Shown: positions 1 to 12,529 of the stretch, piece after piece
Layout: every line of letters starts with the position of its first letter
Numbering within the stretch: the first letter of the stretch is position 1
DNA from: Sphyrna mokarran
Lineage: Eukaryota
DNA: 64,000 nt
Direction: 5' to 3'
NCBI GenBank assembly: GCA_024679065.1
Contig: JAGIQG010000008.1
Location: 72,416,001 to 72,480,000 of the forward strand
Notes under the pieces: generated by a model
Databases searched by the model: none
What the model was told of the DNA's origin: nothing
What the model saw: only the letters and a program-made list of their open reading frames with translations
Position numbers and translations under genes: made by a program

Positions 1-85
1 GCTGGTAAAATAAAATGTTTTTCTCAGTAAGGCATTAAACCAGTACTATTGAATAAAAAAAAGAGTTGGTACAGACAGAAGAGCT

Positions 86-393
86 TATAGAATCCCTACA
101 ATACAGAAAGAGACCATTTGGCCCATCGAGTCTATACCAACCACAATCCCACCCAGGCCTTATTCCTGTAACCTCACGTATTTACCCTACTTATGCCCCA
201 GATGCTAAGGTCAATTCAGCATGACCAGTCAACCTAACAACGCACATCTCTGGGCTGTGGGAGAAAACTGTAGCACCCAGAGGAAACCCATGCAGACACA
301 GGAAGAATGTACAATCTCCACAGTGACCCAAGGCTAGAATCGAACCCAGATGCGTGGCGTTGTGAGGCAGCAATGCTAACCACTGTGCCACCC
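86..393 (-). mobile_element. HE1/V-SINE-type tRNA-derived SINE, near full length
   Basis: Minus strand: GGGTGGCACAGTGGTTAGCA head, GGGTTCGATTC B-box, central GTCTGCATGGGTTTCCTCTGGGTGCT, tail GTAGGGATTCTAT. Confidence 0.85.
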
Positions 394-574
394 ATTAAGA
401 TTAAGCTTTTTCCTATGCTGTATAATTTTACGGCTGTGCGGTACAATGTGGTAAATGAAGAATGGTTGCAACTGCAGAAGATACAGACTTTGGAAATAAA
501 TTAATATGGGGACAAATGTGAAAAAGAAACAACCCGCTTCTATAAATAAATATCAAAAGATGCTGAGAGAAGGT

Positions 575-1213
575 AGTCAAGAAGGCATATGGCATTCATT
601 CACTAATTTTAAAAACTGACAAGCTATAGTGCAACATTATAGAACGTTAGTTAGGCCGCACTTGGAATATAGCGTTCAATTCTGGTCGCCACACTACCAG
701 AAGGATGTGGCTGCTTGGGAGAGAGTACAGAAAAGATTTACCAGGATGTTGCCTATTATGGAGGGCATTAGCTATGAGGAGAAGTTGGTGAAACTTGGTT
801 TGTTCTCACTGGAACGACGGAGATTGAGGGGGCAACCTGATAGAAGTCTACAAGATTATGAGGGGCATGGACAGAGTGGATAGTCAGATTTTCCCCAGGG
901 TGAAAGAGTCAATTATTAGGGGCACAGGTTTAAAGGTGCAAGGGACGAGATTTAAAGGTGACATATGGGGCAGATTGTTTACACAGTGAGTGGTGGCTGC
1001 CTAGAACTCGTTGCCAGGGGAGGTAGTGAAGGTGAATACAGTAGTGACTTTTAAGGAGCTTCTTGACAAGTACGTAAATAGGAATGGAATAGAAAGATAT
1101 TGTCCCCAGAAGGGTAGGGGATTTTAGATAAATCAGGCAGCATAGTCGGTACAGGCTTAAAGGGCCAAAGGGCCTGTTCCTGTACTGTAATTTTCTTTGT
1201 TTTTGTTCTTTGT
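575..1213 (+). mobile_element. CR1-clade (HER1-like) LINE 3' fragment
   Basis: ORF 629-883 YRTLVRPHLEYSVQFWSPHYQKDV...ERVQKRFTRMLP...LGLFSLERRRLRG is the CR1 ORF2 C-terminus. Frameshifted; ends in a TTGTTCT-like tail. Confidence 0.92.
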
Positions 1214-1804
1214 AATGTCTTCTGGCTTTGGATAGCTGAAAACTATGAGAAGTTTGCTGTTATGGTCTTCGGTTAATATCTGAATATTTAGCAATTATGT
1301 CATTCTTTTACAGCAACTGAAAATGTTGCATCACAGCAGTTGAAATCTGAACAAGGTGTTCATTTGTCTGGATGCAAGCCGACCAGAAGGTACAAGTATT
1401 ATGACACAATGCATCATTCAGACATAATCAGAGAAAAAAACGGCTAAAGAACTGTCCCCATCCCATATCCTTCCCACACACTGGTATTACAATAGCACCC
1501 AAATACCCCATAAGTTATAATTATAACATTAGGCCATTAATCCCAAAGGTTAAAATGACTGCATTAACTCCTATATCTCAAAGGTTAAAAATGGCTGCAT
1601 GATTTGAAAGGTTAAAATTATGACATTAACCTCTAGATCTCAAAAGTGGAAGAACAAGATTACCAGGAGAAAAGAAAGCCCAGCCCCTTGGCAAGCAGCT
1701 AAGAACTATTTAGCTCCTAGCCTTTGCATAAATCTAAGCAGCTGTAGTTATTTGGAGACTAATATATCAGACATGGAAGGACACAAAGTTAAAATGTCTA
1801 TCCA

Positions 1805-1814
1805 TTTATTTATT
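1805..1814 (-). terminator. Distal polyadenylation signal (overlapping AATAAATAAA)
   Basis: Plus strand tttatttatt; downstream on the minus strand is ATTTTAACTTTGTGTCCTT. Confidence 0.55.
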
Positions 1815-4800
1815 ACACCACTTTTCAAATACAAAAAAGCACCATAATACAGCATTCAATAAATAGAGCTAGTAACAGAAATTGAAGTTTCTTCATTACA
1901 CTTGGTAACAATATCAAATACTTCACAATGTAAAATGCCAGCAAAATGATGCATCAATCACACAGGATAAAGGCTACAATACACAACAGACTGAAAAAAG
2001 AATATAATAAAAAGCTTGGTTTGAAACAAGATTGAAACAAAAAGGGACAATCAAAGGAAAAGCATCAAATGTCATTATAATAAATATTTAGTCTATACTA
2101 TTTGTTTTTCTGATTTGCATCTTTTGTCGTAGGTTATTATGACAGGAAGTTGGAGTACTTCTTAAATTCAAGCCAGTTCTGGTTGGAAGAAAATGTTGCA
2201 GGGACACAATGTTCAGGGGATTTATCGACTGGAGTGGGGGCAAGATGTGGGGTGGTGAGAAATGACAAGGCTTCCAATTGAGGACAGCTGTATAACATCT
2301 GTCACCTTGCCCCCAATAACAAGAGGATGTTTTTAGTGTGGTCGTTGCATGTGACTGATACTCCTTTTCAATACTTAGCACTTCCTCAAAAGGAAATGGA
2401 TGGCCAAGGTGCAGAGGGTGACTCTGCATCTATTGATGGTTTGAAAGTGATTGACAGGAGCCAAGTGTCCTCATCTACAACTCCAGAGCAGAACACATAA
2501 TGCCAGAGAGCATGAAATAGAATGTGAACAAAGAGACAATCTTTCAATATCATTTGTATATTTTTATAAAAGGCTGCATATTGTCAAGATAAGAAATAAA
2601 GATCAAAAATCTCAGAAGTAAAGCTCTATTGAGACGAAAATTATTTATCTTATCATCTGTAAGTTGTGCTCAAATGCAACATTGTGTCATTGTGATGGCA
2701 GGTCACCATGACAATAATGACGTGGTTCTTTCCCCACCAACCCCACTGCAAAATATCATCATATATTTTTCAGCATGAAAGGATCAACAAGTTCTAACAG
2801 GCCATCAGAGGTACCCAAACTCATCCATTTCATGTGCTTAAGCCATTTAATCATTTTCTTTTTCACCTGTTTATCGAGTTCCTTCTTAAGCACTGCGGTT
2901 GTCTCCTTCGATATTCACTTCTGGTGATAAATTCCATATTCAACTGAAGAATATGGTTGAATTTAAGATTCTTAAATGAGTGACTTTAAGATTCTTCAAA
3001 ACTCCTTTTCATACTTCTATTAATGATAAATTATGCCCCATCATCAATTCACCGACGAAATTTACTATTCACCATTTCAAGCTATTATTTTGTGTTCACT
3101 CAGTATTTTGTAAATGAAGATTACTGTCTTTTAATAGTCTATGAGCAGGTAAGAGTATTTTAAGATAACAGAGATGATTCTTCTCTGTTTTGAACTAGAG
3201 ACCATTCAGTTTCCAGTTACACAACAGAGGGAAAAAATGAACTGAGCCTGTGCTACTATGATCCTTGACCACTTTGCATTGGCCAAAGTTTTCAAGGCTT
3301 TCCCATTTTTGAAGTGGCAGAGGTGTAATGATATGTTCCAGCACATTTTCCTCTTGCAATGTCAATGGGCTCCCATGAGCCAAAGCCCTGGGAGTGGGTC
3401 ATGGGCATGCCAAGATTGGACTATAGAAACAGGAGTAGGCCATTCATCTCCTCGAACCTGTTCCACTATTAAGTTAGACCATTTCTGACCTGTGCCACAA
3501 CCCCATTTACCTGCTATTGAGGATGATAAGAGCCAAGCAGTTAAAAGGTGCCTTGTAGGATGTTAATAATTTATTTGTGCATTAAATATCCAAAAACATC
3601 TGCAGTGCTGAATGCCTTCCACATTTTGATTTTGGACAGCAGTCAGAATGGTTCCACAGCCAGCGGCCATAACCAGTTCTGCAGGCTTGTCAGGCCTTTC
3701 GCACACCCTGATTCTGGTTCTGGGATATTGGCAATGGAGCATGTCTTCCTGGAACGCAGCCAAGTGAGCTAGTCCCGGAACTGCAAGGCAGGAAGTACAA
3801 AATATTAGCCATGAAAACTCACAAAATGACCTACAAATCCATCCCCTCCCAATGGGTAAAAATAAACAAAATTACTTCAGTCAGGATGTATCTGAATGTT
3901 GGAACAGATTTGAGGAGTCGAATGGCCTACTCATATTCCTATTTTTCCTGAACACCTTCACTAAATCAGATTGTAAAAGGGGACCCAAAAATCAATATAT
4001 TTTTAAGAATTTGCTTGGGTTGGTGCTATAATTTATGTTAAGGATAAAAAGAACATAATTGTAAAGTTAGAATGATAGGTGGATAAAACAAGGTGTATTG
4101 TATTGCACTGTTTGCTCAGAGTCCATGAAATGTGATTACTCCATATATAAACTAGTTTAATAATGTAGATAAAAAAATGGGATGGAAGAATGATGTCACT
4201 ACTAGTGATGTTACCTATCTGATTCAATGAGGGACTGGACTTTATTAGTGCAATGTCAACACAATCCACAATAAGTCCATTGACTTTACCACCATATGCT
4301 ATCACAAAACCTCTCACTAAATCAAATTTGATTATCTTATCTATGGCTATTAACTGTAGATGACTTGTTTTGGCTCCTGCAGGATTTAACATATCACCCT
4401 TGACAAAAGGGTGTAAGACTCATTTTCTTTCAGCATTTTTAATGGCGGCATCTTTCCCCTTCTTCCTGACCCTCAAAAGAGAAAAGCAGAAATATTTGCA
4501 GGATGCCATCAGTGTTCCTACAGCTAGCTGGCAGAATGTGCTCGAGGTTGCTCAGATATGACTGTTCCCTCCTTCACCCCTCCCCATCCAGCACCACTCC
4601 ATGCAAGGAGACACTGTCATTTCTCTGGGTAATTTCACCACTTAATGCAGGTCAAATCAAGAGCTGAGCAGCATGGAGCTTTATCCTTTGACAATCCCCT
4701 CTCCACAGTACTATGCCATCTTCATACCTTCCTCTCGCTGAATGACTTGGTGCTCATGAACTGCAATTGCATTTTCTCTGAGGGCAAACAGCATTCTGAG

Positions 4801-6399
4801 ATTTCCTTAAAAAATTGGAGTCATTGGCAAACTGCTAGAGCAGAAAAATTGGCAAATAGAAAAAGCAGAGTTCAGTTCCCAGAATTATCTGATATCCCCA
4901 CACAAATTTCCTTGTGCGAAGTTGGACGATGTGTGGAAAGATGAGAAGTTTGTCATCCCTGTTCTGCAGATGGGGAAAAGTCCCTTCTCCACTTAATTGA
5001 AACTACCTAGCAGAATAACAGTAGGGATAACATTGGCAGCAACTATGGGAAGATCCATTGTTTGAACTATGCCAAAGGAGGGCTAAATCACAATATAACC
5101 TCATGGTCCCATAATAAGAAGCCAAAAACTGGCAATAATTTTCCCCCAATGCTTAGGTGTCCAATAGACTTAAATGGGAGGGCACTGTTATTCAACCAAT
5201 GTTTCTGTGAACATTGGTAGGCAGTGGCTGATAAGAGCAAACAGAGCCACAGGCAGACTAGAAAAAAAGAGGGGTCAAAACATACACAAAGGCATTATCA
5301 AAGAGAAGGACCTTTGAAGACAAGAAGGGAGATGGCAAAGCAGAGTATTGAGGGAGGAAGTTTCAAAGAACAAATTCTATGTTGGTTATTTAGAAATGGG
5401 ACTTTTTTTTTCTAATGGAAACTAAAAACTGGGGGAGCATTAAAAAGTAACCATGCAGCTTCCGTATAAATCTAATTGGTTTACTCTCTGCCCTTTAAAG
5501 AAAGATCCTGCCTGGTTAGATCTAACTCCAGTTCTACAAAATGTGGTTGCCTCTTAAGTGCCTTCTGAAGCTGTCTAGTAAACTCCTTGGCTGTATGAAA
5601 ACTGTGAGACTGCAGTAACTCAATCAAATGGGTCACCTCCACCTTCTTAGAATTGAATTCGGGACGTCGGTCCTGTCAGTGGTATCACCATCCTGAGAGC
5701 AAACTTAAAATGAAAAGACAGCTAACTGAGTTTTCAGGAGGGCAAAATCTAAAATATAAATAACTTTGATGCTTTTTTTTGCAGTGAGGCAGCAAAGCCA
5801 GATAAAAATACCACAAACATTTTTTTTCTCTGAGTAAAGTCTTTAATCCATCAGCAATGCAGTCACCAAGCATCTGACCAGCATTGCTCAGTTAGAAACG
5901 AATCACATTGAAATGTCCACAGCTCCTCCTGCAGCCAGGCTGGACCAGAAATGATCCGTTTCTTTCTGTGTTTACAACAAGCTTTTCCTCATTCAGACGG
6001 CAAGGTAAGCAGGGGGAACAAGCAACGTGGCAGAGGGAAGAAAGTAATGGAACATGCAGCTCTGAAAGTGAGAGCATTGCTGCTCAGAGTTCTGCAGCAC
6101 GGCCTTCTGATGTATCATTATCAGCATGCGTTGCCGAGGCATTGCTGCATTCCCGCCAATGGGCACGCGCAACTGGCATTCGGCGACAGTGAGCACTTTG
6201 GGGCTCTCCAAGATGCATGTCCTTGCCCGAAATCACAAGGATCTCTGCAAATCAATCAGTTTAAAAACCTGAGATGATTTTTTTTTGTTTTCTTTTATAT
6301 CATTGCTGCAGCTTGGGTACATTTCATGAAGAACAGAGTGGGGAGGCAGGGGGAGTGGAAGGGAGATGGGGAAAGAAAAAGCCTTTTATAATTATTATG

Positions 6400-6405
6400 T
6401 TTATT
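6400..6405 (-). terminator. Candidate proximal polyadenylation signal
   Basis: AATAAA about 640 nt after the stop, followed on the minus strand by the pyrimidine-rich CTTTTTCTTTCCCC. Confidence 0.4.
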
Positions 6406-7041
6406 CAAACCTGAGGTATTTGCATCAAGCAGCCAGGATATCTTTAAACTATTCAAAAAACATTTAAATCAGCCATAATAATAGATACACCACTATTTAC
6501 ATTATATTAATGTCTGCATCCATTCGCAATCAGTCCATACAGATTATCTCACAGAAGGTACTTTTCCAGCCTTTAGTGTAGCAGTCTACATTTTAACTGG
6601 CTCAGTCACATACAAGGAAGGACAAAGTGCAATAAATGGCCTTCTCAGGTAGCAGTCCTGTGCAGACCAGGGTGTGATGCAAAAACAAAGGAAACATAAA
6701 ACACAAAAAATATATAATTAATAAGATAAAACCAGACTTTGAGTATTGCTTGAAGTACTTAAATACCGCACTGTACAACTTTAAATGGGGTGGCCAGTTC
6801 CCTCATCTATCACCATTGCCAGAATGTGTGTGGAGAAATAAATTAGTTTTCTAAAAATGTTCAAGACAAGTCTCAAGTGAAGAGTCAACCCACTTTCTGT
6901 ATCATAAGAGAGAAAAAAACATTTACTGCGCTTTTGTTTCTTTAAAAAAAAGTCCACAGCTTCCACATTGTCTACTTTCAGACAATAAATAACCACAGTT
7001 CCTCTCTTTCACGCAGTGAAAATAGCCCAATCCCAACGGTG

Positions 7042-8224
7042 TCACGACACCTCAATGATCTCCATACTGCCGGAAAAGCTGGACTGTTTCCCTATTTTCC
7101 CCAGGTCTTCCCTCGACCTGCTCTCTGACATGCCGTCCTCAAACTCCATCTGGCAGCTCCGCCTCTTGAACTGTTTCTCAATGGCTCCCTCCTCGTGCCA
7201 GCTCCGCCGTGTGTCCCTTGGCTCGGGCTGCTTCTCGCGCAGCCGGACTCCCCCATACTGCTCGCAGCCGTTCGGTGCAGTGCTGCAGCCAAAGGAGGAA
7301 TATGACGGGGCGCCACTACTGAAGAGGTTGGTGTTTCCTCCCAGGGATTGGGAGTCTGTGCTAAAGTACCATGGAGTGCTGACAGAGGGGCTTGTTGAAG
7401 CCGGGGACTGTACGAGTTCTGAATGCTTCCCCCACAGATTGATGCCATTATTTCCCAAAGGGAGCTGCTGGGTGCTAGGAATATTCAGCAGCAGCGCCTG
7501 TTTCAGGTTGTCCTCCACATTGTTGACCTTGTGGACTGGGCAGGGAATGCCAGTCCTGGTTAAGTTTAAACTTAAGGGATGCACGGGTGAGCTGGACGGG
7601 TTTGCGAGATTGCCAATGTGCTTTGATTTGCGTCTCTGCCGAGTTTTCGAGTCGGCACTGAAGTCTGGCCCTATGGGCTTATCTGGACTGTCCAAACTCG
7701 GAGAGCATTGCTCAAAGCTGGGGCTGGCCATTTTGACCTCGAGTTTGCAAAGCTTTGGGATGTCATCAGAGTCCATTGGTGTGGCAGCCTTGCTGGAATT
7801 GAAGCTGACACTTGGCGAGTAGGAAGACTTGACGTCCAGTGAGAAAGAACGCTTGAGCCGGTTGGTGTCCTGAATCCGCTCTGTGGACAAATGCAGACCA
7901 TTGAGGCCCTGCTGCAAGGTGATGTGTGATGCATTCTTCCAATCGGTTCCACTGCTCTCTGAATCACTGCATTGCTGGTTCGCATCCTTCTGCGCAGCTT
8001 GCCCTGTAATCTCAGAGGTAGGGAAGGCAGGACACATCCTTTCCAAAACGCCTCTGCAGACCTCGGTCACTTCTTTGTCAACTTCCTCCTCCTGTCTGTC
8101 TGCCTGAGGCTTCAGGGAGCTTAGGGACCGGACTTTCAGAAGCTTTAGGCTCTTTTCATACTCAAGCAGCTGCCCCATGAAGTTGAAATTGGGAGATATC
8201 GACGGCCTTCGATCTTTGACAAAC
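7042..8224 (-). CDS. DUSP8: DUSP8 last coding exon: end of the catalytic domain plus C-terminal tail and stop
   Basis: Acceptor TTAAAG|G at 8225/8224. Reads (R)FVKDRRPSISPNFNFMGQLLEYEKSLK...TNRLKRSFSLDVKS...FKRRSCQMEFEDG...SFSGSMEIIEVS, TGA at 7044-7042. DRRPS and TNRLKRSFSLD favour DUSP8 over DUSP16. Confidence 0.95.
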
Positions 8225-9539
8225 CTTTAACAAGAACACAAAGATTCCAAGTTGTTTGCAGCCAAGCATTAATTTGTATATCATAGAAAACTACCACCCA
8301 GAGCCATCGGGATCATTGGCAGCAATAAACCTCATTATTCATTGAATAATATTTTCCTTATATTTCTAGTCATTTATGTACATGCAATAAAACATTTCAA
8401 ACAGTTTCCCCCTTCCTGTTCCCTGCAATTAAAGAACGCTTAAAACCTAAAAACCTATAGTAATTTAGTCAATAATTGAGGATTTCCCTCCTCTCAATTT
8501 GGGTGCATCTCTGCCACAGAGAGAACCATCCCAGAGGTGCCTCAGTTGCAGGTCTGGCTCAGGGCAAGAGATGAGCACTCCTGTTACTGCTAATATGCTA
8601 CACCATTCCTGCAGCAAAGAAACTTGCAGCCTTGTCAGGAGGCAGGCACCTGTTCAAAGACATCTTTGTTTCACTGAACGTATTCCTTCTGGAAGACAGG
8701 ACTTGCACACTACTATTGTCAAAGTGTAGGGCCCAAGTACCTTGCTGTCCCGAGACTCCACAACCAACTAAATGCTGAACACAAGTAAACTGATGGGATG
8801 CTCCTGCACCCAGTATTCTAACTGTCTAAGTGGCAAGAAAGGGACCAGGGACTGTTCTCCCCTCGTTTGCTAATGATTAACACATATCCTCCCACTTCTG
8901 GGTGACTGACTTGTTTCTTGACCGAATCCATGGTAGAATGTATCCCCAAGTAATTTTTTCGACTCCACCTTTCCCCATTTCTCCCAGATCTGATGTAAAA
9001 AAAGTCACTGGTAGGTAGCAAGTGTGATACATGGTAGCTGACCATGTAATCTAGGCTATTGTAGTGTAATAGTGTCACCCTTCCTCCTCAACAGCAAAGC
9101 AAGTAGTGTTGAGCCAGGACTGGCACTCACAGGCACCAGCTTTTCGCTCACAGCCAGTCTGAAGTGCTGTAACCTGCGTAATACAGGCAGACAGGCATCA
9201 ATGCTGTAGTTAATCTGGTATCTTTCTGAGAGAATTTTGGTTTTGTACTAAAGTTGAAAGTGGCTTCGATGGCCATATGAACTGAGAGAGATGTTAAACT
9301 GAGCACTGAATCATTATCGAATCCTACACCGTCATACAGTCAAATCCTCTCTCTCTAACTGTTCTTATATTGCACTCAACTTATGCTATAACATACAAAT
9401 ATTATAAAAACAGCCACAGCCCAAATTGGATATAGGACATCCCTGCATGCTTACTATCCCGTTTTAACATACTGAGAGAAAACTCCCAGGCATTAGGAAT
9501 TAATTCAATTTGAATAGTCGTTTACATCTTTTATGCAGA

Positions 9540-9930
9540 TGTGGTGTTGCACTGAAAATGTCACTGTCTAGTAATCCTGAGGCAAAGGCTAATGCTCTGG
9601 GAACATAGGTTTAAATCCCATCATGGCAGTTGGCTAAATTTAAATTCAATTCAGAAAGCTATAACTCTCACTAATGGTGACCAATACAATTATCATTGAT
9701 TGTTGTAAAAACCCATCAGATTCACTAATATCCTTCCTTTATGGAAGAAAATTCTTCATCTTTATTTGGTCTGGCCTACATGTGACTTCAAACCCTCAGA
9801 AATGTGACTGACTTTAAACTGATCTTTAAAATGATCTAGCAAGTCATTCAGTTCAAGGACAATTAGGGGTGGGCAGCAAATGTTGGCCCAGCCAGCAACT
9901 CCCACATCCAATGAAAGAATAAAAAGGAAA
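9540..9930 (+). mobile_element. Second tRNA-derived SINE family; related copies at about 32075-32320(-), 33240-33500(-), 40365-40680(-), 63195-63595(+)
   Basis: B-box GGTTTAAATCCC; body TTGTAAAAACCCATC..GGTCTGGCCTACATGTGACT recurs across the copies; tail CCCACATCC..AGAATAAAAA. Confidence 0.75.
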
Positions 9931-10365
9931 AAAAGTTCATAACGTAAAATAAAAACATATATACACATGGAATCAGTGCTACTGAAAGCAGCTAGGACAA
10001 TACAATTTCACCAGTATTATCACGTGTCACAGCCTGGCCCTGTTCCTGTCTTGTTTTCACACTCACAAACACAGTTGATTTTATTGTGTATTTTATTTTG
10101 TCCAATTGTTTCATCTAAGCTGGTCAGAGTGCAATGTACAAGTTGTACGGGTAAGTTTGTTTACCAATACAATTGTCCCTCCTGAAGTCAGACCAAATGG
10201 CTGGTAACTGAAGACCTTTTCCGTTCAGCTGGATAGTGCAGTGGTTGGAATGAGCTGAAGTGCTTCTCTCAAGCATTACCAAAAGGTTGGAGGGAAAGAA
10301 ACATATGCAACGTGACAGAGACCAAAATCACTCAATGACTCAAGCTTATGTCTGGCATTATTTAC

Positions 10366-10489
10366 CTGTATGCATCATCGGAGGACAGGCCCATGGTCTT
10401 CATAATGTAGGCAATGGCAACTGTAGCCGATCGAGAGATCCCAGCCAAACAATGGACAAGCACTCGGCAGTTGGAGACTTTTGCTTTGT
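10366..10489 (-). CDS. DUSP8: DUSP8 exon with the catalytic P-loop (124 bp)
   Basis: CCCTAG|AC...TACAG|GTAAAT. Translates (D)[40 protein letters not shown](R), containing the HCX5R motif. Missed by the ORF track. Confidence 0.96.
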
Positions 10490-10713
10490 CTAGGGAGAAG
10501 CAGTGAACAGTTTGAGTGGAATGTGTCAGTCTGCTTCTGATGTTCAGTTTAGCTATTCTAGACTATATCACATGGAACTAGAAACAGCCTGAATAGAAAG
10601 ACAAACCATTCCATAATGCATTTTTCTCACAGCACTGGAGCTGAAGCCTTAGATCAAAACCAAGGCTACACACTGCAGCTACACTAATACCACTCTGCTG
10701 AATCCCATCTTAA

Positions 10714-10831
10714 AAAGTCTTACAACACCAGCTTAAAGTCCAACAGGTTTATTTGGTGGCAAACTTTGACGTGGTATTGTGAGACTTCTCACTGTGTTTA
10801 CCCCAGTCCAATGCCAGCATCCCCACGTCAT
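10714..10831. mobile_element. Penelope-derived short element, two fragments fused in opposite orientation
   Basis: ACAACACCAGCTTAAAGTCCAACAGGTTTATTTGG is followed by the opposite-strand GTGAGACTTCTCACTGTGTTTACCCCAGTCCAA. Same family as 14865, 29463 and 44812. Confidence 0.65.
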
Positions 10832-11097
10832 GACTCCTATTTTCCCCAGTTATCTATCACATGGAGCTAGAATCACTGGAGACTGGAACAGGCATTTAGG
10901 AATGTGTGAACATCATGGGCTGAATGCACCCACGCATACCCACAATTTATTTTTCTATTTTCACTCCCTCATTTTCTAAAGGCAATCACTCATATTGGGG
11001 TGCCTTCCTCAGCAGTGTGCTGAGAGCTGGGAGTCCCACCACTACCACAAACCTCTACGGCTCTTAAAAGATGCTGAAAGCACGTCATGTTTCTTAC

Positions 11098-11257
11098 CGA
11101 TGAAAACAACAGATTCATCCAACCAGGGCAGAAGCTTCTCACAGTAGTTGTCGTTGACAGGAATGCGCATGAAGTGACTTTCTGAGATGAAGTCGGGCTT
11201 GGGACAAGAGTTGCTGGCATTAAGAACAAATGTGATTCCATTTTGTGCCATTAAGTC
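11098..11257 (-). CDS. DUSP8: DUSP8 catalytic-domain exon (160 bp)
   Basis: TTGCAG|GAC...ATCG|GTAAGA. Translates DLMAQNGITFVLNASNSCPKPDFISESHFMRIPVNDNYCEKLLPWLDESVVFI, including the general-acid Asp. Phases match both neighbouring exons. Confidence 0.96.
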
Positions 11258-12320
11258 CTGCAACAGAAAAATGATTACCGATTAATATACATACGTCATA
11301 CCAAAATATATTTCTCAAAACCTATATATGAAATTCTTCTGGCAACGGTATTTTGTAAGTAAGCTTTTGAATATTTTTACCGAGTCTCTCTGCACCAGGG
11401 CAAAACCAGAGTGGGTGAGGCAGGAAAAAGCCCCATTGTGTGTACCTGAGATACTGGTTAGCTCTCACACATAAATACAGATGGTCACCAACACAAACAT
11501 AAATACTGAGAAGAATTTCTTTAAAACAGAGAAGGGTGAGGCTGTGAAACACACTGCCACATGGAAAGGCTGAGATAGATAAGGGAAACTTGATACATCC
11601 ATGAAGAGGAAGGGAGCAGGGTGGCAGGGTGGCAGAATAGCACGAAACGTGGAGTATAAGCAGTAGAGCCTTCTGACCTGTTCTGTGTTGTAGACTCAAG
11701 GTAATACGACGAATTATGTCAGTGAAGTGAAAGTAGTTTCAAGCTAAAATCTGCCTTTTTTTCTTAAATGACTGCTGCTATGTGTTTTGAGATTGTGAAA
11801 ATTACAGGGTGATCATCACTAAAACCCATCTCATCAGTTTCGACAAGTCATTCCCACTCTGCTCTATTGCAAACCCATTGAGTTATAGTGGCCACAATTT
11901 CCCACTTCCATTTTTGTCTGGGGTTTCAACGCCGCTTTTCCCACCTGCTCCATCGGCCACTGCCAAATTCTGGGAAAATTCCACCCAATAATTCCTTTGG
12001 TTCAGAGAATGGTCGGATTTTGTGCAATCCCAAAGTTGGAATCTTATAGCAAACACTCAGCCTTTTTGTCGCTAATGAAAGAAATACTCCCCTAAAATGC
12101 AGCCTTCACTTTGTGGATGTTGACTGGTCTGCAGTCTATTTTTGATTTTCAGCATTCGTAGTTTTCATTTAAAATCAAATACTTTTTTTAGTTTTGCAAC
12201 GTATTTGTTTCTTCTCTGTTTTTCCCTCTGCTAAATCTCCCTATAGCATGCACCATAGTTTATCCCTAAACCTCTGTTAACTCTAATTCTACAAATGGAC
12301 ATTAAGTAATCTCTTCCTCC

Positions 12321-12529
12321 TAGGGTTGTCAACTCCTGTAGTCTCCAAGAATTAAGGATTAATTTCCTGATTATTACTTTCCTGCATGTGGCCTGGGAGA
12401 AAATCATATGGTATTAAAGAAGTGTTTCCTTTTTATCAAAATATTGGAGGAGGATTTTAAAAATCATGAACTGGGCAAGTGGTTAGAGGCCATGTGATGA
12501 AACCTCCAGCAACCACAGTTAGCAACTCA
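12321..12529. mobile_element. Degenerate non-autonomous DNA transposon (hAT-like), same family as 60008-60358
   Basis: Starts TAGGGTTGTCAAC and ends GTTAGCAACTC; interior resembles the 60 kb copy. Confidence 0.5.

Larger units (their letters stand above)
1790..7041 (-). other. DUSP8: Probable long 3'UTR of DUSP8
   Basis: Runs on from the stop codon, is U-rich on the minus strand, has far fewer transposon fragments than the flanks, and ends at a tandem AATAAA followed by a U/GU-rich tract. Extent is inferred. Confidence 0.55.

Noticed and set aside
629-883. ORFs with RT or endonuclease similarity (also 17213-17710, 46537-47083, 61585-61710, 63610-64000)
   Set aside because: Truncated, frameshifted CR1 remnants, not host genes or active elements.
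1545-1643. Three AAAGGTTAAAA-containing repeats just beyond the distal poly(A) signal
   Set aside because: Short degenerate local duplication with no evidence of function.
7016-7822. 268-aa plus-strand ORF antisense to the last DUSP8 exon
   Set aside because: Shadow ORF of a Ser/Pro-rich coding exon. It starts at GTG, has no recognisable domain and lies almost wholly within the real exon.
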